Of a stretch of 64,000 nucleotides of DNA, positions 38,257 to 52,705 are shown piece after piece (the stretch's first letter is position 1; every line of letters begins with the position of its first letter). The position numbers and the translations under genes are program-made. The stretch is from Octopus sinensis (taxonomy: Eukaryota): assembly GCF_006345805.1 (NCBI RefSeq), contig NC_043001.1, forward strand, positions 98,394,001-98,458,000. The letters are read 5' to 3'. The notes under the pieces were generated by a model. That model did not search any database, was not told the DNA's origin, and was given only the letters and a program-made list of their open reading frames with translations.

Positions 38257-39810
38257 GTATGTTTACATTGGATAAAATAGATTTGTGTGATGAACCATTG
38301 TCTGTATGTCTATCAGCTTGTCTATCTGTCTGTATGTCTATCTGTTTACATTCATATCCATTTGCCTACATACATGTGCATATACGTATACATATACACA
38401 CACACACACATCTACATAACAGTCCACTAACTATTCTACCTGTATATAAATATAAACTGTAGGTATGGGGGTATGATTACCTACTACGTATCTGTTTTCC
38501 ATGCTGGAATGTGTTGGATGGCTTGATAGGAACTGGCAAAGCTAGGGACCAAACCAGGTGTCATAGTCTGTTTTGGCAAGGTTTCTATGGCTAGATGACC
38601 CTCCTAGCATCAACCACTTTACAAAGTGTACTGGGTGCTTTTTATGTGGCCCCAAGACTCACACTAGTGCTTTTTACATGAAACCTTGGTTTTAGGATCT
38701 CAATTCTATTGTGGAGGGTTAGTCTTCTTGGGTACAGCATTACACCACATTTCTCAGTCATCTGTCATCTTTATAGGGCTCAGTGTTTTGAGATCACCCA
38801 TCAGTACTTCGTCCTATGCCTTCCTGGGTCTTCCATCGCTGCAACCCTCCTCCACTTTAACTGATCATCACTTCTTTATGCAACTTTCCTCATCCATCCA
38901 CATCACCTGAGCAAACCTGTGGTGTCTTCTCTCTTGCACACTGCATAGAATTTTTTTTATGCCCAACTTCTTTCTCAATACACCAGTGCTCTGTCACACA
39001 CGCAGACTGACATTGCACATCCAGCAGGCCATACCGGTTTCATTCCTCTCTAGCCAATGCATGTCCACTGCATTCAGAGCCCATTTCTCACTGCCATGCA
39101 GCATTGCAGTTTGTATATATGCACCATACCATCTTCTCTTAACTCGGAGAGAGAGAGAGACCTTTGGTTGTCTACAGAGGTAAAATTTCTCTAAAGATAT
39201 ATATATATATATATATCTGGTGCCATATAAAAAGTATCCAGTCCACACTGTAAAATGGTTGGCATTTGGAAGGGCATCCAGCTGTAAAAACCTTGCCAAA
39301 ACTGACTTTGCCTGTGCTTGTGCCACATACAAAGCACTCAGTCCATTCTGCTTGGTGGTTGGTATCAGGAAGGGCATCCAACTGTAAAAAGCCTGCCAAA
39401 ACAGACACAAAAGTTGGTGCAGGCCTCTCCTGGCCAGCTCCTGTCAAACTGTCAAACCCATATATATATATATATATATATATATTTCGTTTTGGGATTT
39501 GGTTTGCAAGATTCTTTATATGAGTTTGTGTGTTGAAGCATATTCTGTTGTGTCTGGGGAGAGTCATTTTCTTTTTGTGCCTTATAATATAACACACTCA
39601 CCAGTAAAATTTCCACTTTTTTCTTTTCTTTTTTTTTTTCTAAAATAAAACTATTGAAAATAAAACTATTGAAAATTTTAAGAAAAAAAAAGATAAGAAA
39701 AAAGTGGAAATTTTACCAATCAGTGTGTTATATTATAAGGCACAAAAAGAAAATGACTCTCCCCAGACACAACAGTATATATATATATATATTTTTTTTT
39801 TTTTTCAAAA

Positions 39811-39841
<31 letters not shown>

Positions 39842-39881
39842 GATTAATCCCTTATCTTTGTTTCTCATTTCAATGGTGAAG

Positions 39882-40050
39882 GTACCCAGAGGCAAGAGCT
39901 ATTCAGCGTAAAATTATATTTCATGCTGGTCCCACAAACAGTGGTAAGACATATCATGCACTACAAAGGTTTCTCACAGCGAAATCTGGGGTTTACTGTG
40001 GCCCCCTGAAACTCTTGGCTGTTGAAGTATTTCACAAAAGCAATAATGAG
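39882..40050 (+). CDS. SUPV3L1: SUV3 exon 5 ([56 protein letters not shown]; Walker A and motif Ia)
   Basis: GPTNSGKT and YCGPLKLLA motifs; weak aag acceptor, gtaaat donor; 169 nt, ends in phase 0. Confidence 0.97.
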
Positions 40051-41041
40051 GTAAATCGTCTTTTATATTCTTTAACTACACTCGGATATACTACATTCTC
40101 GGAGTGTTTGGTATTAGGAAGGGCATCCAGCTGTAGAAATTCTGCAAGATCAGATTGGAGTCTGGTTCGCCGGACCTCAGTCAAATTGTCCAACCCATGC
40201 TAGCATGGAAAGCGGACGTTAAATGATGATGATGATGATGATTTCCAGGTGGAGATGGTTCATATTAGTCTGGCCTTTATCCGTTGACCTGTCCAGCATA
40301 GGAGGCCTACCAGGAGCTTGCACTCCACTGGCATGCTCTCAGGGTCACCAAGGCACACAAGCTGTCACAACACAGAAGATGTCACACTGCAGCTTGAACT
40401 GGACCTTGTGATGGATTAGCTCGCTGCACTGAGTTGTGGAGTTGTAATGGCCCAGTGGTTAAGGCAGCGGACTTGCGGTCTTAGGATCGCAGTTTCGATT
40501 TCCAGACCGGGCATTGTGAGTGTTTATTGAGCGAAAACACCTAAAGGTCTACAAGACTCCGGCAGGGGGTGGTGGTGAACCCTGCTGTAACTCTTTCACC
40601 ACGACTTTCTCTCACTCTTTCTTTCTGTTTCTGTTGTACCTGTATTTCAAAGGGCCAGCTTTGTCACACTCTGTGTCATGCTGAATCTCCCCGAGAACTA
40701 CGTTAAGGGTACACGTGTCTATGGAGTACTGAGCTACTTGCACGTTAATTTCACGAGCAGGCTGTTTCATTGATTGGATCAACTAGAACGCTTGTCGTCG
40801 TAACCGACGGAATGCCAACACACACTGAGTTGAAATATTCCTCTATCCATTTGGCAGGATGTATCATTGTTTGCCAAGTTCACTTGCTCTCTATGCTTTA
40901 CACAAAAGTAGAAGTTCTTACACGTACCCCAGTGAGTTGGCACCTTTGAACCCCCCCCCCCAACACTCAATATATTGAATTCCATTAATATTCCACTTTT
41001 GGAAACTTTCTCATTCTGTAGTTTGTACAAAAATTGCAGAA

Positions 41042-41084
<43 letters not shown>

Positions 41085-44026
41085 GTTTAACGTCCGCTTT
41101 CCATGCTAGCATGGGTTGGATGTATGACTGAGGGCTGGTGAACCAGATGGCTGCACCAGGCTTCAATCTTGATCTGGCAGAGTTTCTACAGCTGGATGCC
41201 CTTCCTAACGCCAACCACTCCGAGAGTGTAGTGGGTGCTTTTACGTGCCACCGGCACGGGGCCAGTCAGGTGGTACTGGCAATGACCTCGCTTGAATCTT
41301 TTACACATGCCACTGGCGCAGGTGCCAGTAAGGCGATGCTGGTAACGATCACGCTCGAATGGTGTTTTTTACATGCCACCGGCACGGAGGCCAGGTAGCC
41401 GTTCTGGATGGTGCTCTTAATACCCTACTAGCACGGGGCTCAAGTGCCAGTAGTATGACGCTGGTAACGATCCTGCTTGAATGTTGCCTTTTAAGTGCCA
41501 CTGGCACGGAAGCCTGTTAGCCGCTCTGTCAATGATCATGCTCGTATGGTGCTCTTTGTACCCTGCTAGCACGGACGCCAGTCATCGAATTTGATTTTGA
41601 TTTTTGATTTCACTTACCTCAACAGCTCTTTGCAAGCAGAGTTTTAGTGTCCAAAGAAGGAAAGGTACGCATAAGTAGGCTGGTAATGCCCCTGGCATAG
41701 GCCACGAGATTATGGTCTCATTTGGCTTGCCGGGTCTTCTCACGCAACTTGTTCAAGTCAGTGTTGTAAAATTTTGAAGGCATAGCTGTGTGGTTAAGAA
41801 GCTTGCTTTCTAATCACATGGTTTCCAGTTCAGTTCCACTATGTGGCACTTGGACAGGTGTCTTCTACCGTATCTTTGCAACAACTAAAAACTAGTGAGT
41901 CCATTTGGGGGATGGAAACTAACTGAAAGAAGCCCATTACGTTTATATATGTGTGTGTGTTGTTGTTTTGACACATTATGAGGAAGTTATAAATGAGTGT
42001 TACCATCACATAAGATGGAGGCATATGGCCTAGTGGTTACAGCAGCAGACTCACGGTCGGGGGATCGCAGGTTCGAATCCCAGACCGGGCGATGTGTGTG
42101 TGTTTATGAGTGAAACACCAAAGCTCCACGCGGCTCTGGCAGAAGGTAATGGCAAACTTCTGCTGACTCTTTCACCACAACTTTCTCTCACTTTTTCCTC
42201 CTGCATCTTGCAACTCACCTGCAACGGACCGGCGTCATGTCCAGGTTGGGAACCTATATGCCAAGGAAATCAGGAAACCGACCCTAATAAGCCAGGCATG
42301 GCTAGAAAAGGAACAAACAACCATGACATAAGCAATGATTATCATTTCCAATCTTTCATGCAAACATGTCAGAAATATTATCTTTCTTGGAAACAGATAA
42401 GCATTTGTCACAGAAAGGGTATCTGCCTTAACAAATTCTTTCTAACCCATGCAAGCATGGAAAAGCAAGCATTAAAATGTTGATGTTGGTAGTTGTTGTT
42501 GTTTGCTTAACCCTTTTGTTACCGTATTTCTACAAGGCTTTGGTTGGCCTGAGGCTGTAGTAGGGGAGTGAACCCTGAACAATGAGGTTTGGAAGCAAAC
42601 TTCCTACTGCACAGCCACACCTGTTCCATGCAGAAACCCCACGCAGAGTGTAAAGAATGAAATGGTGTCCAAAACGGTCACCATCTGATTACTGTAAACT
42701 ATAACAAAGTAATTTTAAAATTGACAAATATATGATATTTATTCCCATACAATGTGATCTCAAACATAATATGATTCCCATCCCAATCTTTTTTTACCTA
42801 AAAATTATATTTTAATAGGCACAGGAGTGGCTGTATGGTAAGTAGCTTGCTTACCAACCACATGTTTTTGGGTTCATTCCCACTGCGTGGCACCTTGGGC
42901 AAGTGTCTTCTACTATAGCCTCGGGCCAACCAAAGCCTTGTGAGTGGATTTGGTAGACGGAAACTGAAGGAAGCCCGTTGTGTATATGTATATGTATGTG
43001 TGTGTACATGTTTGTGTGTCTGTGTTTGTCTCCCCCACCATTGCTTGACAACTGATGGTGGTGTGTTTACGTCCCGTAACTTAGTGGTTTGGCAAAAGAG
43101 ACCAATAGGCTCACAACAAATAAGTCCTGGGGTTGATTTGCTCAACTAAAGGCATGGTCACAGTCAAATGACTGAAACAAGTAAAAGAGTACACATTAAT
43201 ATACTTTTCCTTCTCCTTTTTTAATATACTTGGGTATAATTCTGCTCCCCCATGACCTTCCAAATTTGACCCTTGTTTTGGATTTATTTCCTTACATTGT
43301 ATACACATATATATGGGAATCAGATACAGACATAGCTGTGCGGTAAGAAGTTTGGCATCACCAACTCATTTGCACACGTATCACCAGATGTGCTGTTACG
43401 AGTTCACAATGAGTGGGGGTAAAAGTATTGTAATGTGTATTCAAAATAATGGTAACCATATAGAGCCTGTTAAATAAAAAAAGAAACTGTTCTTATAAAC
43501 TGTTTCTTATAAAAACATACATTGTTCTTATGTATGGCGACTTTTGAATCACCCTGTGTATGTATATATATATATATCTTTTACTCTTACTTGTTTCAGT
43601 CATTTGACTGCGGCCATGCTGGAGCACCACCTTTAATCGAGCAACTCGACCCCGGGACTTATTCTTTTGTAAGCCCAGTACTTATTCTATTGGTCTCTTT
43701 TGCCGAACTGCTAAGTAACGTGGACATAAACACACCAGCATCGGTTGTCAAGCAATGCTAGGGGGACAAACACAGACACACAAACACACACACATGCATA
43801 TATATGTATACACATATATACGACGGGCTCCTTTCAGTTTCCGTCTACCAAATCCACTCACAAGGCATTGGTCGGCCTGAGGCTATAGTAGAAGACACCT
43901 GCCCAAGGTGCCATGCAGTGGGACTGAACCCAGAACCAAGTGGTTGGTAAACAAGCTACTTACCACACAGCCACTCCTGCGCCTCACCAATATATATATA
44001 TATAATATATAATATATATATATATA

Positions 44027-44073
<47 letters not shown>

Positions 44074-44840
44074 TATATAATATATATATATATATACACA
44101 CATATTTGTGTGTGTGTGTGGGTGTTTATTTATTTTTGAGCGAGGTCGTTGCCAGTGCCGCTGGACTGGCTCGGATGCACATATAAAGTACTATTTGAGC
44201 TTGGCCGTTGCCAGTACCGCCTGACTGGCCCTTGTGCTGGTGGCATGTAAAAGCAGCCACTACACTCTCGGAATGGTTGGCGTTAGGAAGGGCACCCAGC
44301 TGTAGAAACTCTGCCAGACCAGATTGGAGCCTGGTGCAGCCATCTGGTTCTCCAGTCCTCAGTCAAATCGTGCAACCCATGCTAGCATGGAAAGCGAATG
44401 TTAAACGATGATGATGATGATGATGATATGTGTAAAAGGTGTGTGGCCTAGTGGTTAGAGTTGTTACACTCAGGATCGCTAGATTGTAGGTTTGAGTCCC
44501 TGACTAGGTGGTGCATTGTGATCTTGAGCAAAACGTTTCATTTTATGTTGCTCCAATCACCTTTTGATCAGTGGGGAGTTTTGGCTTGCTCACCTAGCCA
44601 GTGGGGTGGTCGCCTTATCACATGATATATAATGGGTTCAATTCCTGGCATGGGAATGCATACTTTCTTAGGTGCAGGTGTGGCTGTGTGGTAAGAAGCT
44701 CGCTTCCCAACCACATGGTTCTGGGTTCAGTCCCACTGTGTGACACCTTGGACAAGTGTCTTCTACTGTAGCCTTGGGCCGACCAAAGCCTTGTGAGTGG
44801 ATTTGGTAGCTGGACACTGAAAGAAGCCCATTGTATATAC

Positions 44841-44871
<31 letters not shown>

Positions 44872-45087
44872 CGTGTGTGTGTGTGTGTTTGTCCTCCCCA
44901 CACCATCGCTTGACAACCAATGTTGGTGTGTTTACATCCCCATAACTTAGTGGTTCAGCAAAAACGACTGATAGAATAAGTACCAGACTTACAAAGTGTA
45001 AGTCCTGCAGTTGATTTGTTCAACTAAAGGCGGTGCTCCATCATGGCCACAGTCAAATGACCGAAAGAAGTAAAAATATAAAAGAAT

Positions 45088-45119
<32 letters not shown>

Positions 45120-45120
45120 A

Positions 45121-45455
45121 GTAATGTTTATTGTCACCCAAATGTGGGTGTTCTATAAGAACAGACAATGCTGCTATTTTAACCCCAGGAGGAGGATACC
45201 TCCTTTGCTGGTTATTCAGTGCACTTAGTCTAGCAGGCGAGTATCCATCACTGAGGATGATCAAATAAGATAGGAATCACATGATACGATGGTCTCTGAG
45301 CTAGAATAGTCAGGAGTTCTCACCCCACTTACAGTATATATATTAATTGCAAAGCACACTGAATAACCAGATGGATGTGATGTCCTCCCGGAGTTAAAAT
45401 AGCAGTATTGTTTGTTCTTATAGAACACCTATGTTCAGGTGGCGATAAACGTTAC
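45121..45455. mobile_element. MITE/foldback with long imperfect TIRs
   Basis: gtaatgtttattgtcacc...gttctataagaacagacaatgctgctattttaac mirrored at the right end. Confidence 0.7.
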
Positions 45456-45509
45456 TTCTCAGTATAAATACTTCTTTACAGTTCTATATTTAAGATACAA
45501 ATAATTATG

Positions 45510-45729
45510 TACATTATTTACATTTGACGGATATTTGACCACATCTTTGTTGTTAACACATTTTGGCTGATATACCCTCCAGCCTTCATCAAGTGTCTTG
45601 GGGAAATTTTGAACCTGGGTTCTCATTCCTAAGGTATTATTTGATGATGAAGGCTGGAGGGTACATCAGCCGAAACATTGCGTTAACAACAAAGATGAGG
45701 ACAAATATCCATCAAAGGTAAATAATGTA
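45510..45729. mobile_element. Inverted pair of Penelope-type tails (same family as 10697-11236)
   Basis: (T/A)TGATGAAGGCTGGAGGGTA.ATCAGCC(G/A)AAA hammerhead-like motif in both orientations. Confidence 0.65.
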
Positions 45730-46394
45730 TAGGCGTAGGAGTGGCTGTGTGGTAAGTAGCTTGTTTATGAACCACATGGTTCCAGGTTCAGTCCCACTGC
45801 GTGGTATCTTAGGCAAGTGTCTTCTACTATAGCCTTGGGCCGATCAAAGCCTTGAGAGTGGATATGGTAGACAAAAACTGAAAGAAGCCTGTCGTATATG
45901 TGTATATATATGTATGCATGTGTTTGTGTGTTTGTGTTTATCCCCCCAACATCACTTGACAACCGATGCTGGTGTGTTTACGTCCCCGTAACTTAGCTGT
46001 TCGGTAAAAGAGACTGATAGAATAAGTACTAGGCTTTACAAAGAATAAATCCTGGGGTCGATTTGCTCGACTAAAGGCGGTGTTCCAGCATGGCCACAGT
46101 CAAATGACTGAAACAAAAGAAAAAAATGTAAATAATGTAAATAATATAAATACTGCTTTTATCTCTAATAGCTTGTGCTGCATAAAAAGCAGTCATGCTG
46201 GTGCCATGTTAAAAGTACTGATACCACGTCACATAGAAAGCACCCAGTACACTATGTAAACTGGTTGGTGTTAGGAAGGGCATCCAACCATGGCAACCAT
46301 GCCAGAACAGATAATGGAGTCTGGTGCAGACTCTGGCCCCTACCAGTTCCTGTCAAACTATCCGATTCATGCCAGCATGGAAAATGGGTGCTAA

Positions 46395-47075
46395 ATGATG
46401 ATGATGATAGTGGTGGTGATGATGCTGATGATGATGATGATGGTGGTGATGCTGATGATGGTGGTGGTGATGATGATGATGATGGCGGTGATGATGATGA
46501 TGGTGGTGGTGGTGATGATGATGGTGATAGTGGTGATGCTGATGATGGTGGTGGTGATGATGATGATGATGGCGGTGATGATGATGATGATGCTGATGAT
46601 GATGATGATGGTGGTGATGATGATGATGGTGGTGGTGATGATGATGATGGTGGTGATGATGGTGGTGATAGTGGTGGTGATGATGCTGATGATGGTGGTG
46701 GTGATGATGATGATGGCGGTGATGATGATGATGGTGGTGGTGATGATGATGATGATGGTGGTGGTGATGATGATGATGGTGATGATGATGATGGTGGTGA
46801 TGATGATGATGGTGGTGGTGGTGATGATGATGGTGGTGGTGATGATGATGATGGTAGTGGTGATGATGATGATGGTGGCGGTGATGATGATGATGATGGC
46901 AGTGATGCTGATGATGGTGGTGGTGAAGATGATGATGATGCCGGTGATGATGATGATGATGGTGGAGATAATGCTGCTGCTGATGATGGTGGTGATGATG
47001 ATGATGCTAATGATGATGATGGTGGTGGTGGTGATGCTAATGATGATGATGGTGGTGGTGGTGATGATGATGATT
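46395..47075. repeat. Compound (GAT/GGT)n microsatellite, about 680 bp
   Basis: Direct reading; ends about 26 nt before the SUV3 acceptor at 47101. Confidence 0.98.
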
Positions 47076-47101
47076 TATATTGTTTTTTGTTTCTATTGCA
47101 G

Positions 47102-47182
47102 CAAGCTGGTCTACATCCTACTGCGGATCAAATAGAGCTATTTGCTTACCATTTGCCTAATGCTACTCTCTCAAATCTGATG
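47102..47182 (+). CDS. SUPV3L1: SUV3 exon equivalent to human exon 12 (QAGLHPTADQIELFAYHLPNATLSNLM)
   Basis: ttgcag acceptor, gtaagt donor, 81 nt, phase 0-0. Confidence 0.96.
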
Positions 47183-49735
47183 GTAAGTCTCATTTGAAAC
47201 GTATACTCTTTTTTTTTTTAAACTCTTTTTTACTTGTTTCAGTCATTTATTTGATTACAGCCATGCTGGAGCGTCACCTTAAAGGATATTAGTTGAAGAA
47301 ATCAACCCTCCCGGGACTTATTCGCTGTAGTAAGCCGAGTACTTATTCTGTCTGTGTCTTTTGCCTTTCATCCTTTCGGGGTCGATTAAATAAGTACCAG
47401 TTACGCCCTGGGCTCGATATAATCGACTTAATCCGTTTGTCTGTCCTTGTTTGTCCTCTCTGTGTTTAACTCCTTGTGGGTAGTAAAGAAATAGGTGGGG
47501 GGCATGGCACACCAACACACATACACACACACACAAATATACATACGTACATGCATACATACATACATCCATACAGCCATCCATCCATCCATCATTAAGT
47601 ATGTATGAGTTAGGGATTAGACAACCATCTAAGGGATAACAAATATCCAATATACTACTGGAGGGTTGTCAAGCTTCTTACTGCACAGCCATGCCTGCAG
47701 TTATATTTATATAGTTACTTAATGATAACAATACCAATTTTTGCTACCACTATTGTATGAAGACATGTGCATGGACAAATGTAAACAAATAACTCTTTTT
47801 AAAAATCACTTTATGGGCTGAAAAAGAGGGACTGGTTTGATACAGTTTGGGCTTTATTCACTCTTCAGATGCAGATATGGGTTGAAGTTTGTTATCCAAC
47901 CACATGGTTGGGTTCATTTCCACTGTGTGGCAACTTAGGCAAATGTCTTCTACCGTAGCCTTGCACTGATCAAAGCCTTGTGAGTGGATTTAGAAGATGG
48001 AAATTGAATGAAGCCCATCATATATGTGTGTGTTTATGTGTGTAAAACTGTTGCCTTGCCTTAACGTTGTGAGGGAGTGTCACCATCATGCAAATGGTGT
48101 CCTGCATTTTCAATCTTCCATGAAAACATGTCTGGTCATGGAGAAATATTGCTTTATTTAGAAACAGGTGAGGGTTAGTGACAGGAAAGGCATTTGGCCA
48201 TAGAAGAAAATGCTGTCTGACCCATGTGAGCTTGAGAAAATAGACATTAGAATGATGATGATGTTGATGATGATCATCATCATCATCGTTTAACGTCTGC
48301 TTTCCATGCTAGCATGGGTTGGACGGTTTGAATGGGGTCTGGGAAGCCAGGAGGCTGCACCAGGCCCAGTCTGATCTGGCAGTGTTTCTAAAACTGGATG
48401 CCCTTCCTAACGCCAACCACTTTGTGAGTGTAGTGGGTGCTTTTTACGTGTCACCGGCACGGAGGCCAGTCGGGTTGGCGCTAGCAACAACCATGTTCGG
48501 ATGGTTCTTTTATGTGCCACCGGCACTGGGATCACAACTGCAATTTCCATTGATTTTTGATCGATTTCGATTTCACTTGCCTCAACAGGTCTTCGCAAGC
48601 AGGGTGATGATAATAATGATGATGATGATGACTATCAGCCCCTGTCTCTGCTTCTTGGTATTAGTATTCAACTTTACTTTAATGCTTTAATTACACCTTC
48701 TTTGAAATGCAGTTAGAATGTTATAGTCCAGAAGCCCTCAACCAATGGGCCACAGACCATTTGGTCCCAGGCTGCTCAGAAAGAATAAATTTTAAAATTT
48801 TATTTCTGTTCCACTGACTATCACAGTTTGTGAAGTGTCTTTTGCATTATATATATTCTTTTCTACTCTAGGCACAAAACCTGAAATTTTTGGGGAAGGG
48901 GCCAGAGGAATTTGAACTCAGAACGTAAAGACAGATGAAATACCACAAAGAATTTCTCCCAGCGTGCTAATGATTCTTATTTCTTTATTATCCACAAGGG
49001 GCTAAACATAGAGGGGACAAACAAGGACAAACGGATTAAGTCGATTACATCGACCCCCGTGTGTAACTGGTACTTAATTTATCGACCCCCGAAAGGATGA
49101 AAGGCAAAGTTGACCTTGGCGGAATTTGAACTCAGAACGTAATGGCAGACGAAATACTGCTAAGCATTTCACCCGGCATGCTAGTGTTTCTGCCAGCTCT
49201 CTGCCTTCTATATATTATATATGTTGGCAAGCTGGCAGAATTGTTAGCACACTGGGCAAAATGCTTAGTAGCATTTCGTGAGTTCAAATTCTACCAAAGT
49301 GGATTTTGCCTGTCATTCTTTTAAGGTTGATAGAATAAGTGCCATTTGAGCACTGGGATCAATGTGATCAACCTATCCCTGCTCCCCTGAACTTGCTGGC
49401 CTTGTTTCAAAATTTGAAACCAATATATGTGTATTATGTATGTAATAATCATAGTTGTGGCAGATACTGGCATCAAGCAACTGGCACTCGTGCCAGTGGC
49501 ATGTAAAAGCACCCATTACACTCTTGGAGTGGTTGGCGTTAGGAAGGGCATCCAGCTGTAGAAACCATGCCAAATCAGACTGGAGTCTGGAGCAGCCACT
49601 CTGCTTACCAGCCTTGGTCAAACCATCCAACCCATGCCACCATGGACAACAGATGCTGTTGTTGTTGTTATTGTTGTTGCTGTTGCTGCTGCTGCTGCTG
49701 ATGATGATGATGAAGAAGAAGAATTATTATTATTG

Positions 49736-49790
<55 letters not shown>

Positions 49791-49987
49791 GTACTTTACT
49801 GTGTTTTGTTATGCATGTGATCCCCTGGTCTGTGGAAAAATTGTCTTGTATGAAACCAGTCTATGCATGAAATGCCAGTAAAAATTTTGCTTACCATTCT
49901 GCTTGTTGACCACCTTGCTCTACGTAAATATTAACAAACTGTTGTTGAGTAACCTAATATTATTATGATTTCTTTCTCTATTTGCAG

Positions 49988-50167
49988 GACATCTTTGTGA
50001 CTCTGTCACAACTGGACAGCAACCTATATTTCATGTGTAACATTGACGACTTTAAATTTCTGGCCGCCATGATAGAACATGTTCCTTTGTCGCTGAGGGT
50101 CCGCTATGTCTTTTGCTGTTCACCAATTCCCAAAAAGCAACCGTTTGTCTGCACTGGTTTTCTCAAG
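49988..50167 (+). CDS. SUPV3L1: SUV3 exon equivalent to human exon 13 ([60 protein letters not shown])
   Basis: tttgcag acceptor, gttagt donor, 180 nt, open frame. Confidence 0.96.
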
Positions 50168-52705
50168 GTTAGTCAACTCATATGCTAATTCAAAGAATTG
50201 AAAAAAATCGGCTAACTGACTTCCGTGCTGGTGGCATGTAGGAGGCACCATTCGAGTGGAATTGTTACCAGCATCGCCTTACTGGCACTTGTGCCCCGTG
50301 CTAGTAGGGTGCTAAGAGCACCATCTGAGCGTAATCGTTGCCAGAGCGGCTAACTGGCTTCTGTGCCGGTGGCATGTAGGAGGCACCATTTGAGCGGGAT
50401 TGTTACCAGCATCGCCTTACTGGCACCTGTGCCGGTGGCATGTGTAAAAGATTTGAGCAAGGTCGTTGCCAGTACCGCCTGACTGGCCCCCGTGCTGGTG
50501 GCACGTAAAAGCACCCACTAACTCCGGAGTAGTTGGTGTTAGGAAGGGCATCCAGCTGTAGAAACTCTGCCAGATCAAGACTGGAGCCTGGTGCAGCCAT
50601 CTGGTTCACCAGCCCACGGTCAAACCGTCCAATCCATGCTAGCATGGAAAGCAGACGTTAAAAGACGATGATGATGATGATGAAATTAGAAACAATAACC
50701 GAACCGTTTCTTTAAGTAGCTGCCAGTCCATCGGTTCCGATGACAAGGGTTCCAAGCTGATCCAATCGATGGGACAGCCTGCTCGTGAAATTAATGTGCA
50801 AGTGGCTGAGTATTCCACAGACATAGGTATCCTTAACTTTGTTCTCATAGAAATTCAGCATGACACAGAAAGTGACAAGACTGACTCATTGAATTACTGG
50901 TACATCTCTTTTTCGTTTGTTCCTTCTCGAGCCATGCCTGGCTCATAAGGGCCGGTTTCCTGGTTTCCTTGGCATATAGGTTCCCCACCTGGATGGGACG
51001 CCGGTCTGTCATAGGTGAGCTGCAAGATGCAGGAGGAAAGAGTGAGAGAAAGTTGTGGTGAAAGAGTCAGCAGAAGTTCGCCATTACCTTCTGCCAGAGC
51101 CGCGTGGAGTTTAGGTGTTTCACTCAAATACACAAACATTGCCCGGACTCAGATTCGAACCCACGATCCCTCTAACCACTAGGCCATGTGCCTCCACCAT
51201 CTCCTTTTTGCCAGTTTAGTGAACTAAAGCAATGTGAAATAAAGGGTCTTGCTCAAGGATGCAATGTGCCATCAGTTTCCAGACTTCTGACCTGATCTTG
51301 AACTAAACACCCTAGCCACTAAGCCACGTGCCTTCGCTCTCTTTATGTATGTGGCTACTGTCTTTTGCTTGTTTCAGTCACTGGGCTGTGGCCATGCTGG
51401 AGTACTGCCTCAAAAGGTTTTGAGTCAAAGAAGCTGCATATATTTTGCTTTTTAAGTTTGGTAATTGTTTTGTCTGTATCTTTTGCCACACTATTATGTT
51501 TCAGGGTTGTAAACAAACCAGCACAGGTTGTCAAGCAGTGTGTGGGGGAACAAATGCACACACACACACACACACACACCACACACACACTCATACACAC
51601 ACACATGATGATGATGACATGACGGGCTTCTTCAAGGCTACAGTAGAAGACATTTTCCCACAGTGTTATGCTGTGGGACTGACCCTTGAGCCATGTGGTT
51701 GGGAAGCAAGCTTCTTATCACACAACCATGCTTGCACCTACACACACACGCACACAGGCACACGCACACAGACACACAGACACAGACACACACACACACA
51801 CAAACTTGCTACCTTATATATTTGGGGCATAAAGGCGGCGAGCTGGCAGAAATGTTAGCACGCCAGGCGAAATTCGTAGCCGTATTTCGTCTGCTGTTAC
51901 GTTCTGAGTTCAAATCCGCCAAGGTCGACTTTGCCTACCATCCTTTCGGGGTCGATAAATAAAGTACCAGTTTCGCACTGGGGTCGATGTAATCGACTTA
52001 ATCCCTTTGTCTGTCCTTGTTTGTCCCCTCTATGTTTAGCCCCTTGTGGGCAATAAAGAAATAGGTATTTGAAGCATATTTGAACATGTAAGAAAGCCAT
52101 GCACTATGTTTTGTAAGGAGAGAATTTCTTGCTGAAGAAAAACAAGTGAAAATACATGAAGTCAGCTCACAGCCTGGTTAGGTGTTGCTGTGGGCTGACT
52201 TGATGTATTTACACCTATCTGTCTTCAGCTAGAAATTTTCTCTAACACAGTGAATAGCTTTCTTACAGGTCTGAATATGCCTCAAGCATATTTTGAACTT
52301 GTAACAAATTTGTGTTTATACACACCACAACTTAATACTGTCATCCTGTAATACACACACACACACACACATATATTTATATCATCATCATCATCATCAT
52401 TGTTTAATGTGTCCGTTTTCCATGCTGGCATGGGTTGGACGGTTCAACTGGGTTCTGGGAAGCCAGGAAGCTGCGCCAGGCTCCAGTCTGACTTGGCAGT
52501 GTTTCTACAACTGGATGTCCTTCCTAATGCCAACCACTCCGAGAGTGTAGTGGGTGCTTTTTAAACGATGATGATGATGTTGATGAAATAAGCTTTACAT
52601 TTGACAGGGTAATTCCGAATGCTGAAGGATTAATAAATCTTGCTGTATATGTTTTTTTTTTTTTCACTTTTAATTTATTTTTCTGTTCCCTGTAATTCTT
52701 AACAG

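Noticed and set aside
40858-40932. AG/GT-bounded segment considered as a missing SUV3 exon 6
   Set aside because: None of the three frames resembles GVxCDLVTGEE or any other SUV3 motif.
46175-47197. 340-aa Asp/Gly-rich ORF (and 246-aa Met/Val ORF)
   Set aside because: Translation of a GAT/GGT microsatellite; only the last 27 codons before the donor are a real SUV3 exon.
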